From positions 8,928,001 to 8,992,000 of the forward strand of contig CM120640.1 in NCBI GenBank assembly GCA_051362555.1: 64,000 nucleotides of DNA, given 5' to 3'. The notes beneath the pieces are model-generated. The model was not told the origin of the DNA. It did no database searches and saw only the letters and a program-made list of their open reading frames with translations. Both the position numbers and the translations under genes were made by a program. Below are positions 1 to 14,100 of the stretch, piece after piece (the stretch's first letter is position 1; each line of letters begins with the position of its first letter). This DNA comes from Lingula anatina. Lineage: Eukaryota > Animalia > Brachiopoda.

Positions 1-988
1 CCTAATCAAAAATGCACTATCTCTGATTACTTTTAAAATAGCTAGAGCTGGAAAATTCTTTCTCGGAGTGCGTAAACACACTACAAACATTGCTGTAAGA
101 GGGGAGATGGGTTGGCCCTCAAACTTAACTAATCAACGTACGGAAGTCTTAAGGTACTGGAATAAACTAAAGACATCAGATGAAACCAGGCTAATAACAA
201 AAATCCACAAATGGTCGCTTTATAAACCGCGCACCTGGGAAAGTAGAGTGTTGTCGCTCCTGTCTCAGATGGAACTATATACGGAGGGAGACCTTGTCAA
301 CATTTCTTTGGCAAAAATAGTCTTAAAAACTGCGGATGAAAATTTATGGAAAATTAAGATGTGGGATGACAAAAAGTGCACAAATGGCAATAAACTACGA
401 ACATATAGAACATTTAAAGGTGAACTTGTGACAGAATCTTATTTGCATAATAACTATCTGACTAGAGCACAACGACGGACCTTTGCTTCACTACGCTGTG
501 GAAGCGCACCCCTCAGAGTGGAAACCGGGCGTTATTCTAATACACCACTAAATGAGCGCATATGCGTTTATTGTTCTTGTAATGAAATAGAGAGTGAGAA
601 ACATTTTTTAATTAACTGTGAGCTCTATAAAGACATCAGAGAAGAGCTTTTTAACCTTGCAAATCAAATAGACGGAAATTTTAATGTTTTTAATAACTAT
701 GAAAAGTTTATATTTCTTATGCAAAACGAACAAATACAATTTTATACAGCAAAAAAAGCACATGCAATGATGTGGAAAAGAAGCAAAGTTAACAACAAAG
801 AGAGGGTTTAAAGTTTTATTTATAATATCCTTTTTTACGTATTTTATTGATAAGTAACAATTTTAATGAACTTCTTTGAATTTTAAATGCAGTAGCACGG
901 GTTTTAGTCTCTCATAACCCTTAGCAGGGTGGGTTTTATTTATTTAAAACGTGAGACGTTAATAAAATTATTATTATTATTATTATTA
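1..988 (+). mobile_element. 3' end of a non-LTR retrotransposon (LINE, RTE-X-like ORF2 C-terminus with 3' UTR and (TTA)n tail)
   Basis: Frame is open from position 2 to the stop at 811. It carries post-RT LINE motifs (FFLGVRKHTTNIAVRGEMGW, KLRTYRTFK, LRCGSAPLRVETGRY, and a CxxC..EKHFLINC zinc-knuckle-like segment). AATAAA at 961 is followed by a (TTA)n tail to about 988. The clade assignment comes from recalled motifs only. Confidence 0.85.
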
Positions 989-2349
989 CTTTTAAAATAG
1001 CAAGGGTGAATTTTTTTTTTCTATCTGACACCAATGTTGATTCAAGAAAAACAGCAGATGTAACCAACCTTAAATTCATGAATCATCAAATGAAACAAAA
1101 ATCAAAGATAACTTTTAAATGCCCTATTTTAGATTTACAATGCATGTAAATGCATGAACATTCATAAAACTAAACATGATGAGTAATATACAAAATGAGT
1201 AAAACTTCCCTTTCCCGTGCTTCTATTTTCCCTAGTCATAAAATATAGTAGAAAATAATACTTCTTTCCCAACGCATATCATACTGTAATAAAAGCTGGA
1301 TGGGCCTCACAAACATTGTACAATTAGCCTGCTATAAATTTACTGTACCAGGGATTTATTTCACTTTTATGAATAACGTGTGCCAAATAACTGCAATGTG
1401 GAATTTAATCTCATTCCCAAATATGATAAGCAGATCAGCAAATTATAATCCCGATCAACTGAGGACTATGCAAGATCAGTATGACCAGGTGTACTTGGCA
1501 CTTAATCAGATTTATCACAACATTTTGTCAGGGTGTTTCTGAAAATTGGTACGAAAGCTGCTCTAGGCTAATTGTTTCTACTGATTCATTTATCTACCAC
1601 CCATTTCAATCTTCCTCATGTACAGGTCAGACGAGTACAGAGTGATCAAAGATGGCTGTGACAGCCTAATTAACAAATCAAAGGTGTGAAAAAGTGTACA
1701 ACTACTCTGTTACATGTGCACTTGTGGACTACCAAATACTTTCAAGAATGTAACAGTACAACTCAAAGAGATTTTGTCTTTACAGACAGGTTTCACTTTT
1801 GAAGTAAATTTATTGACTCATCATAACCCACTCAATGGATTTATATTCACTTCACTGTAAAAGGGGAGAAAAAAGTTTGAGTCCATGTGCTAACATGATT
1901 TTATAGACAGCACTATTGCTATTTGTCTATCATTACTTTGCAAAACAAGGCCTATAAATACAGGTATGTTATGGTTGTGACTAAGTTTAACTGATGATGA
2001 AAAGTTTTTGTGAAAACTACTAAATACTTCACAGTAAATGAATAATAACAATTTTGTGCATACGATTTTTTGTAGTTGTAAGGGGTTAACAGAAATTATA
2101 ATAATATAGATAAGAGTCATAAGACTGTTATTCTTTGTAACTTGTGATTTTAAAAAAAAAAGTGCAACAGCCCTAAAATAAATTATCAATAAGGTAAAAC
2201 TACAGTCATGTACACATAGAAAGCAACTCTATGATTCATATACTGATATGTAATCTTGTTGCTAACATTCTTGGCCATGTTGGTCACCTCACATGATTTA
2301 AGTGGGGTGTAACTGACATGGAAACAAATAAAACCATAAATATACTCAC

Positions 2350-3359
2350 TATCTTCAGAAGTGTAACATTTTCCCTGAGAGATCCTAAGCAGCCCAAGAA
2401 TGCCAGAATGAAGATGATAATTCCCAGTATAATTACAATGATTGTCACATCAAAAATTAAGTCATATATGCTCTCTATTTCTGCAGATCCACTCTGACCA
2501 AGGCGTTCCTTCTCAATGTATGCCCACACTCCAATGCCAATCAAACCTCCACCAACGAGCTGAAATTAATTGAAAATTGACAATATTAAAAAAATTACAT
2601 TTTCCAATATTTCAATGCACAACAAACAATCTGACTTAACTAAGTTAACAAAGCTGGCCACTTATAAAAAATAACAATTATTCACTCTAAAGAAAAATTA
2701 AGGGGGGAAATAGATGTACAATGAAAGGTACAGGGATTTAATTATTAGCTGGAAAAACTTGATATAATATACTTTATGGTTTCAATACTTTCCCCTTAAT
2801 GCTCAATGCAATCTTTCAAACATTCAAAAGGATATTTTCAAAACACTGACCATATCTATTTTGCTTGACAATTTTATTACTATACCATCACAGTGTGCCT
2901 CCACGTGGAATGGTGAATTTTATTTTCAATTTTTTTGTCTAATGAAATTAACATGGTTTAAAGGCCGCATAACTAAGTCCTGTGAATCATTCTTTAAAAA
3001 CTCACTTTATTTTGATGTTATAATTTTTATAACTTTTACAAAAAAAATGTTAGTTTAACGTAATGCCATCACTGCCAATATATCAAATAATGTGCCAAAA
3101 ATGCTCATTTCTTGTTCAAAATGAAAATGTGATAAATTTCAGACAAAGCACGACAAATGAATGAATCACTGCATATAAATCATAACATTTCACTCTCGTT
3201 GATTCGATACACTGATAACATTACTGCATGCCTCTATACACACTATTAGTGACTTATATTTATCAAACTTACCCAGAAAAAGAAGTTGAAAAAGAACATC
3301 AAATACTTCACAATCGGGCTGACGAATGTATCGTCATCTTCTGGGCCACAGCAGCCCAT
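2350..3359 (-). CDS. TSPAN33: Tetraspanin, TSPAN33/TspanC8-like; exons 1-2 only (3359-3273, 2559-2350), gene continues left of the window
   Basis: Spliced translation MGCCGPEDDDTFVSPIVKYLMFFFNFFFW-LVGGGLIGIGVWAYIEK...IILGIIIFILAFLGCLGSLRENVTLLKI, with GT-AG boundaries in phase 0. FVSPxVKYL and GCxGSLREN are tetraspanin TM1-TM2 signatures close to TSPAN33. Confidence 0.85.
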
Positions 3360-3700
3360 CGTAGACTTATTCCAAGGGGAAATAATCGCCAAAAACAAAC
3401 ACACTAACAGCAGTCCCTCTCTTGCGACATCGGACCCTGATTCCTGAATGCCTTCACTGCTTGCTTCGCGGTAAGGTCGGAGACGAGCTTTTGCAATGAC
3501 AACCGTAAATATTGCTCAGAAGTCCACCAGTAAGTTAACTTAAAGTGTCATAAACACTTAATAGTGTTGTCACTAAAAATAACCCTTCTTATTGCTGCAT
3601 TTCCAAAGGGTGTACTGCCACACCCCAACCCCAGGTACTTGCGTGTTGGGACTATCTTGACCACGCAGGCGCATTACATTTCCATGAGGAGAAAACAAAA
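3360..3700. promoter_or_regulatory. Bidirectional promoter between the tetraspanin and XPO7
   Basis: Only 341 bp separate the divergent ATGs, and CpG content is locally raised. There is an NRF1-like ACGCAGGCGCA at about 3663 and a YY1-like AAAATGGCGG overlapping the XPO7 start codon. Confidence 0.65.
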
Positions 3701-5071
3701 ATGGCGGAAGAGCAGGTGAGTTTAGAAATTTCAAATAGCTGGACGTTTTTGTAACGAATGCAACCACAAAATATATAACTGATGTACACGAAATGTGTGT
3801 TTTATTATAATGTTTTAACCGTATGATTGTAGAGTAAAGTCATCCTTTATGCGTGCAGAAAACCACCTGTTGTTTCAATGCATGATTCTCAACGCAATAA
3901 CAAATGAATGTTGTGCGTGATTAATCCTGCCTACACTGTCCAGAATATTTCTTTTCTCGGATCAAAATAAGACTGTGTATTTGCAAATGCTACTGCATAT
4001 TGTAGCTCTAAATATGGATGTTAATTAAACTTGCTCTACAAGAGTTAATCTTGACTTGATTAGCACAATGACATTAACATGTACCCTGGACGTTCCTAAG
4101 GTTTAAAACAAGGTAAAGGTGAAAAATGTTTTGTTGCTCCTAATAGACAAATGCAAGTATAAAATAGTGTTGGCCCTTATGTCAAAAAGAGTAAATGATC
4201 TAGTGAGTGGTCAATTCAATGATAGATTGAAACTGAGTGTCTGCACAAAGGCAGATTTTTGCATAAAGGCATTACTAAATGTCTTTTCACAGCTTACAAT
4301 GATTTTTATGCAGATGGTCCAAGAAAATTTCCTTATAATTAAGGATGTGTTGATGTTATACAGGTTTTAAATATTTAAAAGGAATAACATAAGTCACAAT
4401 TTTGAAAAGCAAGAATTAATTAAAAATGTATACTGCAAGGTTTTCAATGGTTTCCTATGCATAGTACTGTAATCCATTCTAAATTTCATCCTTGTGTTTC
4501 AGGAGCTGGCCCAGCTAGAGGCACTCTGTAAGCAGCTCTACGAGACCACAGATGCATCACTTAGAGCTGAAGCAGAGAAAGCACTAGTCAACTTTGCTGT
4601 CTCTCCAAGTTGTCTTAGCAAGTGCCAGTTGCTGCTTGAACGAGGAGATGTAAGAAAATATTTTCTTGTCAAATATTAAGATTTAACAATAATGTAGGAT
4701 TGAAAAGTGGAAAATGCATGCAGTTACCCAGTTAGTAGCGTTTGAAATTTAAAACTAAGTCTTTGGGACCACCACTTTTTTTCAGATGTGAAGAAAATTA
4801 GACCTATCTGCAAGGGAAATCACCATTTCTCAGTCAAATAAGTGTGAACTATTTTAGGTGAAAGAGATATAGGCTGATTTATTTTGCAAACCAGATAATA
4901 TCCCACTGAATTTTTTCTTTCAGCCAATAAATTTAGATGTAAAACCTTACAAGGGTTGTAATAGGCTTTAAATTAATATTTTTACCCCGTTTTGTTTTAG
5001 GAACAAATGATTCAGGCAAATATAGTACTATTGTTTTGTAAGAAATGCCCAAAATTAGTCTGTGTTAAAGC

Positions 5072-5124
<53 letters not shown>

Positions 5125-8100
5125 GTTATTCTTTATTATTTTTATGTCCGAGGGTTGTAGATTTGAAGCCAAATTAGTAAATCATGAGATGTACAGATCC
5201 AGATGGCAAGGCAGTATAAAAGTAAACGTGTTTGTAACACTGTTATATTTTGCTTTATAATTCATTTCAGTCTCCATATGCGCAGTTGCTTGCTGCAAGT
5301 ACATTAACAAAGCTTGTGTCAAGACCAAATCAGATACTTCCTCTGGAGCAAAGGGTTGACATAAGTAAGTGACATGGCTGTCTGAGAGAGATGAATTTTC
5401 CAAGTGACATCAGTAGTTAAACTCCAGTTATTTTGATATTAACCTGCATATTACACCACAGAGAACAGATTTCTGTTGTATAAAGTAGCTGTAGTTGTGA
5501 CAAAATTGCTGTACTTGTCACATAATTTCACCCATTTTTTCCCTAGTGTTTATGATTTTGAATGTATTATGATGTAAAACTGTTAAATCTGTTTTATTTT
5601 TCAACTGCTTGTCAACAGGAAACTATGTTCTCAATTACCTTGCAACAAGACCCAAGCTGCTCAATTTTGTCACTGTTGCTTTGGTTCAGGTATGTACTTT
5701 ATACCCATTTCTGAGGTTTGAGTTGCTTTTCCTAATTCATTATATATACATATACTGTGCCTTAGCTTTACTACTCCCTGGAATACATATTACAAATAAC
5801 ATTTCCACATGCGAGAAGATGAAAATATCTAAGTTTTATACATTCAGTGCACATATAAAATGCTATTTGCATATTATTTATTTGTATATACTGCATGCTT
5901 GTTTGTTTGAACTGATATTATTTCCTTATTTTCAGTTATTTGCAAGGATAACAAAACTTGGTTGGTTTGATGTAAGCAAAGATGAGTATGTTTTCAGAAA
6001 TGTTATAGATGATGTGGGCAAGTTTATACAAGTAAGTTATTTATTTATTTGCAATAATATAGTTGCATTGCACTTAATAAAAAAGGCTACAGATTGATGA
6101 AGTTTACATAATGTATGTATTCTTTTCACAGGATGAAATACTGTTGTAACAGACTGAAATAATTTACTTGCTACTGTTTAATTTCTTAAATATGAAAGGA
6201 TGTGAAATAACCCTGAGCTGGATGTTTTCTGTTTCCAGAGTGGCAGCAGCCAACATGTTATGATTGGTGTTCAGTTATTGGCACAGTTGGTGTCAGAAAT
6301 GAACCAGGTTAGTGAGGTACAGATAAGTTTCACTTTCTCTTTTCTTCTTTTACCCTTCACATATATGCACCTGTTCACACAGTAGATTTCCCTGATGCAG
6401 TAGTCATAGATCTGCATTGGTGAATTGTGTCATGATACTGGTTATCTTAATATTATCTTTTTTTTTTTTTACTTTTTTTAAAAATGTGTAATAGTTCATC
6501 TTTTTGGAGTCAAAAGAAATTATGTTTTAAAGACATTCTAAACTGCAAAACACATTTAGTAATCTGTCATCATTTCTTAGTTCAGATTTTTTTAGTCAAA
6601 CTCTTTTTCATTTTTGCTCCCTTGCGGGAAATGTGCTGTGTAACTGTAAGGTACCTTATATTGGGTGTATAGATTTATGTCTCCATAAACAGTATTAAAT
6701 ATTTCATATGAATTAAATAAATTGTGTCTGTTCAAATGTACCTCATCCAATGTAAATGGTGTCTTGAATTAGCCAGATTAAAATTTTGACATGAAATTGA
6801 CACATTATGTTTAGTAACATTATGTTTAAGTTCCACTAGAGTCACTGCTGCCAAAATGTAAAACTTTTTAGCATTATTTCTAAAAGTAAATTCATATTGA
6901 TATTAATATAAGAAATGAAAAAATTCACTGAGATAAAGCTGAAAATTTGTTTCCCATGGTTGTAGCACTGGCAGACCGAGAATGACCTGGTAAATATCTG
7001 TAGTTCATATCATTGGAATCCCATATTTACGGCTGCTGAAATACTGCTTTGAACACCAAAGTTATGTTGTAACTTGATAGAGTTTTGAGAGAGGGCTAAG
7101 GAGTCAAGATACGCATTTAATGTGGGCAGTTCAGGGGGGAAGTATCAATAAGAGTACTTGGTTGGATTGACAAAACTGTTTTCTTATGACTGATAACAGT
7201 ATATACTTTTCAAATTGAAAACAAATTTTATGTTCATGATGGCTATAAACATGAAACATTGATTTTTTTGTATAGGAAAGGAAAATTTTGATAGAAATAA
7301 AAAAGAAGGATTTTAACAATGATTTTAAGGTGTTTGAACAATGCTTTATGATTAAAATCATTTCTCTGAAAACATTGCTATTCAAAACATTTCAACTCAA
7401 AGTGGACTAACAACTGATGACTTCTTAATCCTCTTCACCCTATTTATATCTGTTATCATATAGCTGAATATTTTGGTTGGATACTCCAATATAAAACCAT
7501 GACCATGGGACCCAATATTTTATGGCTGTCTACAGTGCTTAAATTTGAATCAGATTTATGTAATTCTGGACATGCTAATGAAATATTGCTGTGATTTTAA
7601 GCATAAATTTTGATGATTTTTTTGTGTGAGAATCGGTTACAGTTGAATATAACTGTTGTGAAAGAGTGTGTTTGATGCAGACCAGATTTAAGAAGACCAA
7701 GCATGATATTGCATCTTGCTATTTGCTATAAACTAAAAGTAATGGCCTATTGTAAAGGTGTTCTTGTTGTGATGTGTACAAGACTGGTATTGCCTTTGGT
7801 GTTTTATAATGAATTCCTGAATAATAATTTTTTAACAAAACTGCTGTGTGTGAACAATTCCCAGTTGTGCCAGAAAGAAATTTGTTGTTCATTTCCAAGT
7901 AGTTATTCTGTCTCATGGTCAACCTTGAACTAATAACTCAAGTGTTTGTCTCATTTTTTTATGTACAGACACAGATGTGTCTGTACATATTGCCATCACC
8001 TGCGTCTGTCGTCGCCGTCGCCGATCATGTCGCCGTCGCCGTCGCCGTCGCCGTGCACTTTCAGCGTTAACACCATAAGTGGAAGACAGTTTTACTTTTT

Positions 8101-11100
8101 GGCTTTATATTTACAGAGCTGACTAATATTCATAAAACGCAGGTCAAGTTCGAAAATCAGCATGATCGGGCCATTATTGTAGAATTTATGCTGTTTTTTC
8201 ACTTTTTAGCATATATGCAACACTGTTAACACATTTCAAGGAAAACCGATAGGCCTGTTGTCATGAAACTCACAGGAGTAATCAGTCTTACTAAAACGCA
8301 GATCAAGTTCGAAAATCGGCATGATCGGGCCACTATTTTAGTAGTTATGCTGTTTTTTCACTTTTCAGCATATATGCAACACTGTTAACACATTTCAAGG
8401 AAAACCGATAGACCTGTTGTCATGAAACTCACAGGAGTAATCAATCTTACTAAAACGCAGGTCAAGTTCGAAAATCGGCATGATCGGGCCACCATTGTAC
8501 TAGTTATGCTGTTTTTTACACTTTTCAGCATATATGCAACACTGTAAACACAATATAAGAAAAACAGACGGGCCAATTGTCATGAAAGTCACAGGAGTGT
8601 TCAATTTTACTAAAATGCAGGTTGAGTTGGTAAATCAGCATAATCGTGCCATTATTTTAGAAGGTATGCTGTTTTTTCACATTTCCTCAGATTCAATTTT
8701 TAGGCATGTTAACAGTCTCATTTTTAAACTAATAAGATACGTGAAAGTGTTTGTTTGACATTTCCTGCATCTTTACAACATTGTTAGTTGATTTTGTAAA
8801 AATGATGGTAAACATGTTATTGTGTATTGTGTAATAAAGTTTCAAAAATGGAAATAAACTCATATCATTGCAATTTGTCAGATTCAATCATTCACTATGT
8901 TCATAATCTCAGAATGGAAGAAATTGGACATTTAACACTGCTCTATTGATACTTTTCCCATCTCATCAATTTTCTTAGTTGATCATATAAAAATGGCAGT
9001 AAACTGTTAATTTTGTTTTATGTTAAAAATTGTTAGAAATGGGGAAAAAACATTTCAGAACAGTGCTGTCTTGTTTACATTTTGGCATTTTCAAGTTGTG
9101 ACTTTGAAGTTCCATGGGCCTGAAGACCTTTGCTAGTCACATTTTCTGAATATCCATGATACTAATATTTTATTATTAAAAATTGATGGTCATTATGCTG
9201 TTAAACATTATTTAATGTTGTATCAAAATTTGATGAAACCCCTATTTTGGGCACTGCTCCCATGATTACCTTTTAAGAAAAACCATGTCACTTACTGTTC
9301 TCAAACTTACAGGAAAGAAACATGGGACTAAAATACAGCTTCAGTAGGCAATGCAATCTGCCAGATAAACAGTTTTTTGTGAAAATTTAATTTTTCACAT
9401 ATTGGCATTTTCAAGGTGTGACTTTGAAGTTCCACAGGCTTGAAGACCCAGGCTAGTCACATTTTCTGAAAATCCATGATACATATATTTTGTTATTAAA
9501 AATTGATTGTCATTATGCTGTTAACCATTATGTAATATTGCATCAGAATAGAAGAAAACACAATTTTGGGTGCTGCTGCCATGATGACCATTATGGGAAA
9601 ACCATGTTACTTATGATTGCCAAACTTTCAAAAAAGAAATACAGGACTAAAATGCAGCCTAAGTTGGAAAAGCAGTCTAATTGACTTCTTTTTCTGGAAG
9701 TTTTACATTTTCAAAGTGTGAACTTGAACTCCCATGGGCCTGAAGCCTTATGCTTGTTTCACATTTTACTTAAATTGGTATTACCTGTTGAGCATAATTA
9801 AAATTTGATGTTGAATTTGCAGTTTAACATAATGTACTTTTGCATCAGAATTGACAATAGCCTATTTTGTTATTTCCTGCTTTTTGTCTGTACATTTGAC
9901 AGCTTTGCTGCCTTGTTACAAAGTTGAAATTAAATGATTGAGAAAGGTGCTTGCATGTGTTATAATCCTCAGTGAAATAATATCTAGTACATTGCTGCTT
10001 CATATAAGCACTGTCTTGTATGATAATATATGTAGAATTTTATATTCACACTAATTCTGTTGTAACAAATAGTAATACTATTTGTATTGTATAAATTTGT
10101 CATTTGATTTAAAGAAAATTTAGGTATGGCAAATCCTGAATAACATCTTAGCTGCCTTTTTCTGTTGTAACTTGTGGTAACTATATAATTTAACAAGTAA
10201 TTCTGCTTGTGAAAATATTAGATATAAGGTCAATTGGAATATGCATTAAGAATACCCAGTGTCAGGGGATGTCTTTGGTAGTCTCAAAAATAGAAGATGA
10301 AATTGATTTGAAATCTGCCTTTAATATAAGTAAGAATCATTAATATGTTTAAAAGATTGAGGAAAATATACAATTTGCAAAAATAAAAAAAAAAAAAATA
10401 AATAAATAAAAAGGATAATAAAATGAACTTAAATAAAGAGAAATAAAAAATAGGTTCTGTATCAGGTGCTGTTTCAGGTGCATATTGTTCTCCGTGTCTT
10501 GTCTTAGTTGTGCTCCTTTTAGAAGTTCTTGATCAGACAAAATTAGAAGCTTTTGTAGTTCTATGTGTGCAGTATGCTTGGTCTGGTTTCAATACACTAA
10601 TATGGATTCTCTTTGAATCTCTGTGGCTATTTTCAGACTTTGATTAATCAGGTTATAGAAATGCATATTGTTCAAAGTTGACTGGTTTAATCTTTGAGTT
10701 CAGTCTTTTATAGCACTTTCTATTAACATTTTTGTCAGATGAAAAGAATTGAAGTGACAATTTGAGTTAATAAACAGTGAGTATTTCTTGATCTCAATAC
10801 CAGCCAAGCATATTGTACTGTACCTTGTTATGTCTCTCTGTAACTTTGAACTTTTCCTGATCTAACCTAATACTAGTACGTGGGTAAGTATACTGCACAT
10901 GTCAAATGAATAATTGCAATAAATTTGTCATCTTTGTAAGTCCCTTTTATTTTTAAATCACTGTTTGTGCATACAGTAATTCACACGCTTATGCCTTAGA
11001 TATTCAAATAATTCTCTTTTATTAACTTAAAGTTAGACTTGATTTAAAACTAGTAAAAGTTGTGTGTAGATATGAGAGGAGAACACATGTGAGTGAATAC

Positions 11101-14100
11101 TTACGGAATGTCATATGTTGTCTCCAGAAATTTAATAATTGCAGGGTGTTTGAGAAGGTAATTGAAAGAATAATTTATTGCAGGTGCTTCTCAAATTCTG
11201 TGCAGCCAGGTAATGATGAGGAAGCACTGTAAACAGAGCAACACCATGATTGCTTTTTTCAGTTGATTTAATACGTTCTGCATTGAATTATAAAGTTATA
11301 TTTTTCTCTCAAGTCTGAAGCCAGTCGCAGCCTCACAAAGCACAGGAAGACTGTCTCTTCCTTTCGTGACACCCAGCTTTTCCAGATCTTCCAGTTGGCT
11401 TGTAGTTTGCTCAGGACAGCAGCAGGAAATATTAAAAATCTGGACTTTGGGGATGATAGTCAGGTAAACTTGATAGCTTGAAAATTTTGAATATTCCTTA
11501 GAAATTATTACACAAATTAGGATTCCATATTCATCAGAATCATGACAGATGAAATTGTTGATGTTTTTATGCACAATTCAGTTTATCTTTAGACTTTGCC
11601 ATGCTGTCCCTAAATTGTAGTCGTTCAAAAGCAATACATTCTCAGGTGAATGCAACCTTTCAATTTCTTTAAGTAATGTCATTACTCTAATAATATTGTA
11701 TTATCTGATAAGACAAGAATTTCATTCCTCTTTTCAGACTGGTTTATTGAGTCACACCTTAAAGCTTACCTTAAACTGTCTGACATTTGATTTCCTGGGC
11801 ACCTCTACAGATGAGTCCTCAGACGATCTTTGTACTGTGCAAATACCCACAAGCTGGAGGTCAGGTAAGTGCTAGCTATAGATTAAAGATTTCAGGTCAT
11901 GTTTTTTTTTTGTTTTCTGTAAATTTGACAAAATGGATTGAACATGGTCTCTTGTGTGATGATAAAAAAGTAAATTGTTTGTAGAGAGACACATTTTCTA
12001 CTTATGCAGCATCACATTTCTCACATTCACCAGTCTGTAACTTTGATCAAGGGTCAAAACATTATGCCTTGTAGATAGATGAACCCTGTAAATTGTTTTG
12101 CATGAAAACCAATATTAAAGAAAATGTTTTTATTTCATTTATAATTTTTTATTTGTACTAAAAATCATTTGGACCTTGTGTAGTCAGATTTTAAACTTAT
12201 TTTCTGTCTTGCAGCTTTCCTGGACTTCAGTACTTTGCAGCTGTTTTTTGACTTGTATGCAAATCTTCCACCTAGTTTAGCATCTATGGTAAGTAAGTGA
12301 AAAGTAAAATTTGAATAAAGGGCTACTACTTAGGGGAAACGGGCACATTTGTCACTTTACTTATTGTGCTCTTTAGCAAGTTGAGTTGTAGAAAGACCTT
12401 TTTTACTTTGGTGGAATCTGAGAAAGAGATTATATCAAGTAGTTACAAAGGAGGGTGGGGAATGGAAGAAAGATGCATAAAATGTTTTTTCCTATAGATG
12501 TCCATTGCAGTATTCTGACTTTTTTTAAATTTAAATTTCAGGCCTTAGCATGTTTAGTCAACATTGCCTCAGTGAGGAGGTCATTATTTGATAATGTAGA
12601 GAGAGGCAAGTTTCTGAATGAACTGGTATCAGGGGTGAAAGCTGTGCTGGACAACCCACAGGTAAGCTGGGGTTATAACATTGCCTAGGCAAAATCCCAA
12701 GTGTCATATTGCTTTGGTCTCAGATTGCCTAGATTGGCAATTCAGTTGTGACCGAGATATATCTCTTTGGATAGGTTTGGATGAATTCATGCAGAATGCA
12801 GACAGAAAGAAAAAGTGTTTCCACCTTCACTCTAAAGAATGCTCACTAGAAGTTTATTGCTCAGAAATTTGTTTGTATAGAAGCAGATCAGTAACTGTTA
12901 TGTTTCCATTTTATTTTCAAAAAAGGTTATACAAAGTAGGCTTTTATTGTTACATAATTGCACCAAATTAAGCAGTATCATGGTTTTTACAAACATTTTG
13001 AGCATCCCTGACCATAAGATATAGTATATTATGCTATTGCAATGGTAAGATGAAGTTCAATATATACACATATAATGGAAATTGTTATTTGTTTCCAGGG
13101 ACTGTCAGAACCTGGGTCCTACCATGAATTTTGTAGATTACTAGCTAGACTAAAATCAAATTATCAACTTGGGGAGTTGGTGAAAGTTGACAATTACCCT
13201 GAGATCATCAAAAAGGTTGCAGAGTTCACAGTAACTAGTTTACAGGTAAGTTGGTGGCTTCTTAAGAACCTTAAGTTACACAAGCAGCCATTGTTATTGT
13301 ACCACCAGCGTTAGCGCTGGCGGTACACATGGTTTCGGTCTCGTCCGGATCGTTCCGCCGGCTCCGCCGGACGGCTACCGTTACCGCTTCTCCTCCTAGA
13401 CGGTAAGGCCCCCCATACCCATCTCATGGATTTAGGTCACCTATAATCTCAACTCGTTCCACGTAAAATTTGGGCTTTGTCGGTATTGGGGTCTGGGTGT
13501 GGCACTCATTGCAATGCACCCTTGTCCAAAAATGGCAAAATTAAATGCTAATTATCTACCCTACGGAAGGAGTTACGGGAAAAATTTCTACAGACGGCTT
13601 TCCAAAAGTCATATGTGTAGATTTCAAATATACCCTCAGATTTGACCTTTGACCTTTACTTCAAGGTCAAATGGGCCAAAATTTTCAAAAAAATGAAATT
13701 TTTTACGAAAAAAAAATTTTTTGCCCTGTTATTCAGACACCACACAGACTTAACCAATAATATTATTGGAAAGTGTTACCCTTCAGGTCATCTTTCATCT
13801 CCGTGAATTTGGGGTCAATCGGTGCATTTTCACAGGAGTAGCGGCCATAAGATACCGAAACTGAAAACTGTCTCTAATTCGGGAACCGTTAATGCTAGAG
13901 ACCAATTCTTTTTTGCATTTTGTAGAGCATGTAAAGCCCAACACTGGAGGTGGTCTCGGTTTTTTTGTATTCCATACGGTTTTCGAGTTACGCTGTATCA
14001 AAAAGTACATATTGGTGGTGAAAGGAAAATGTACGGAAGCCCACTGGTGCCATATGTAGAAAAAAAAATTATCTCGAAATTTCGAGATACTATTTTGAAA

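Noticed and set aside
990-2349. Further tetraspanin exons
   Set aside because: No TM3, CCG or TM4-like coding segment with splice sites was found on the minus strand, so the remaining exons must lie left of the window.
11205-11285. C/D box snoRNA candidate (ATGATGA) in XPO7 intron 6
   Set aside because: No well-placed terminal CTGA box or closing stem.
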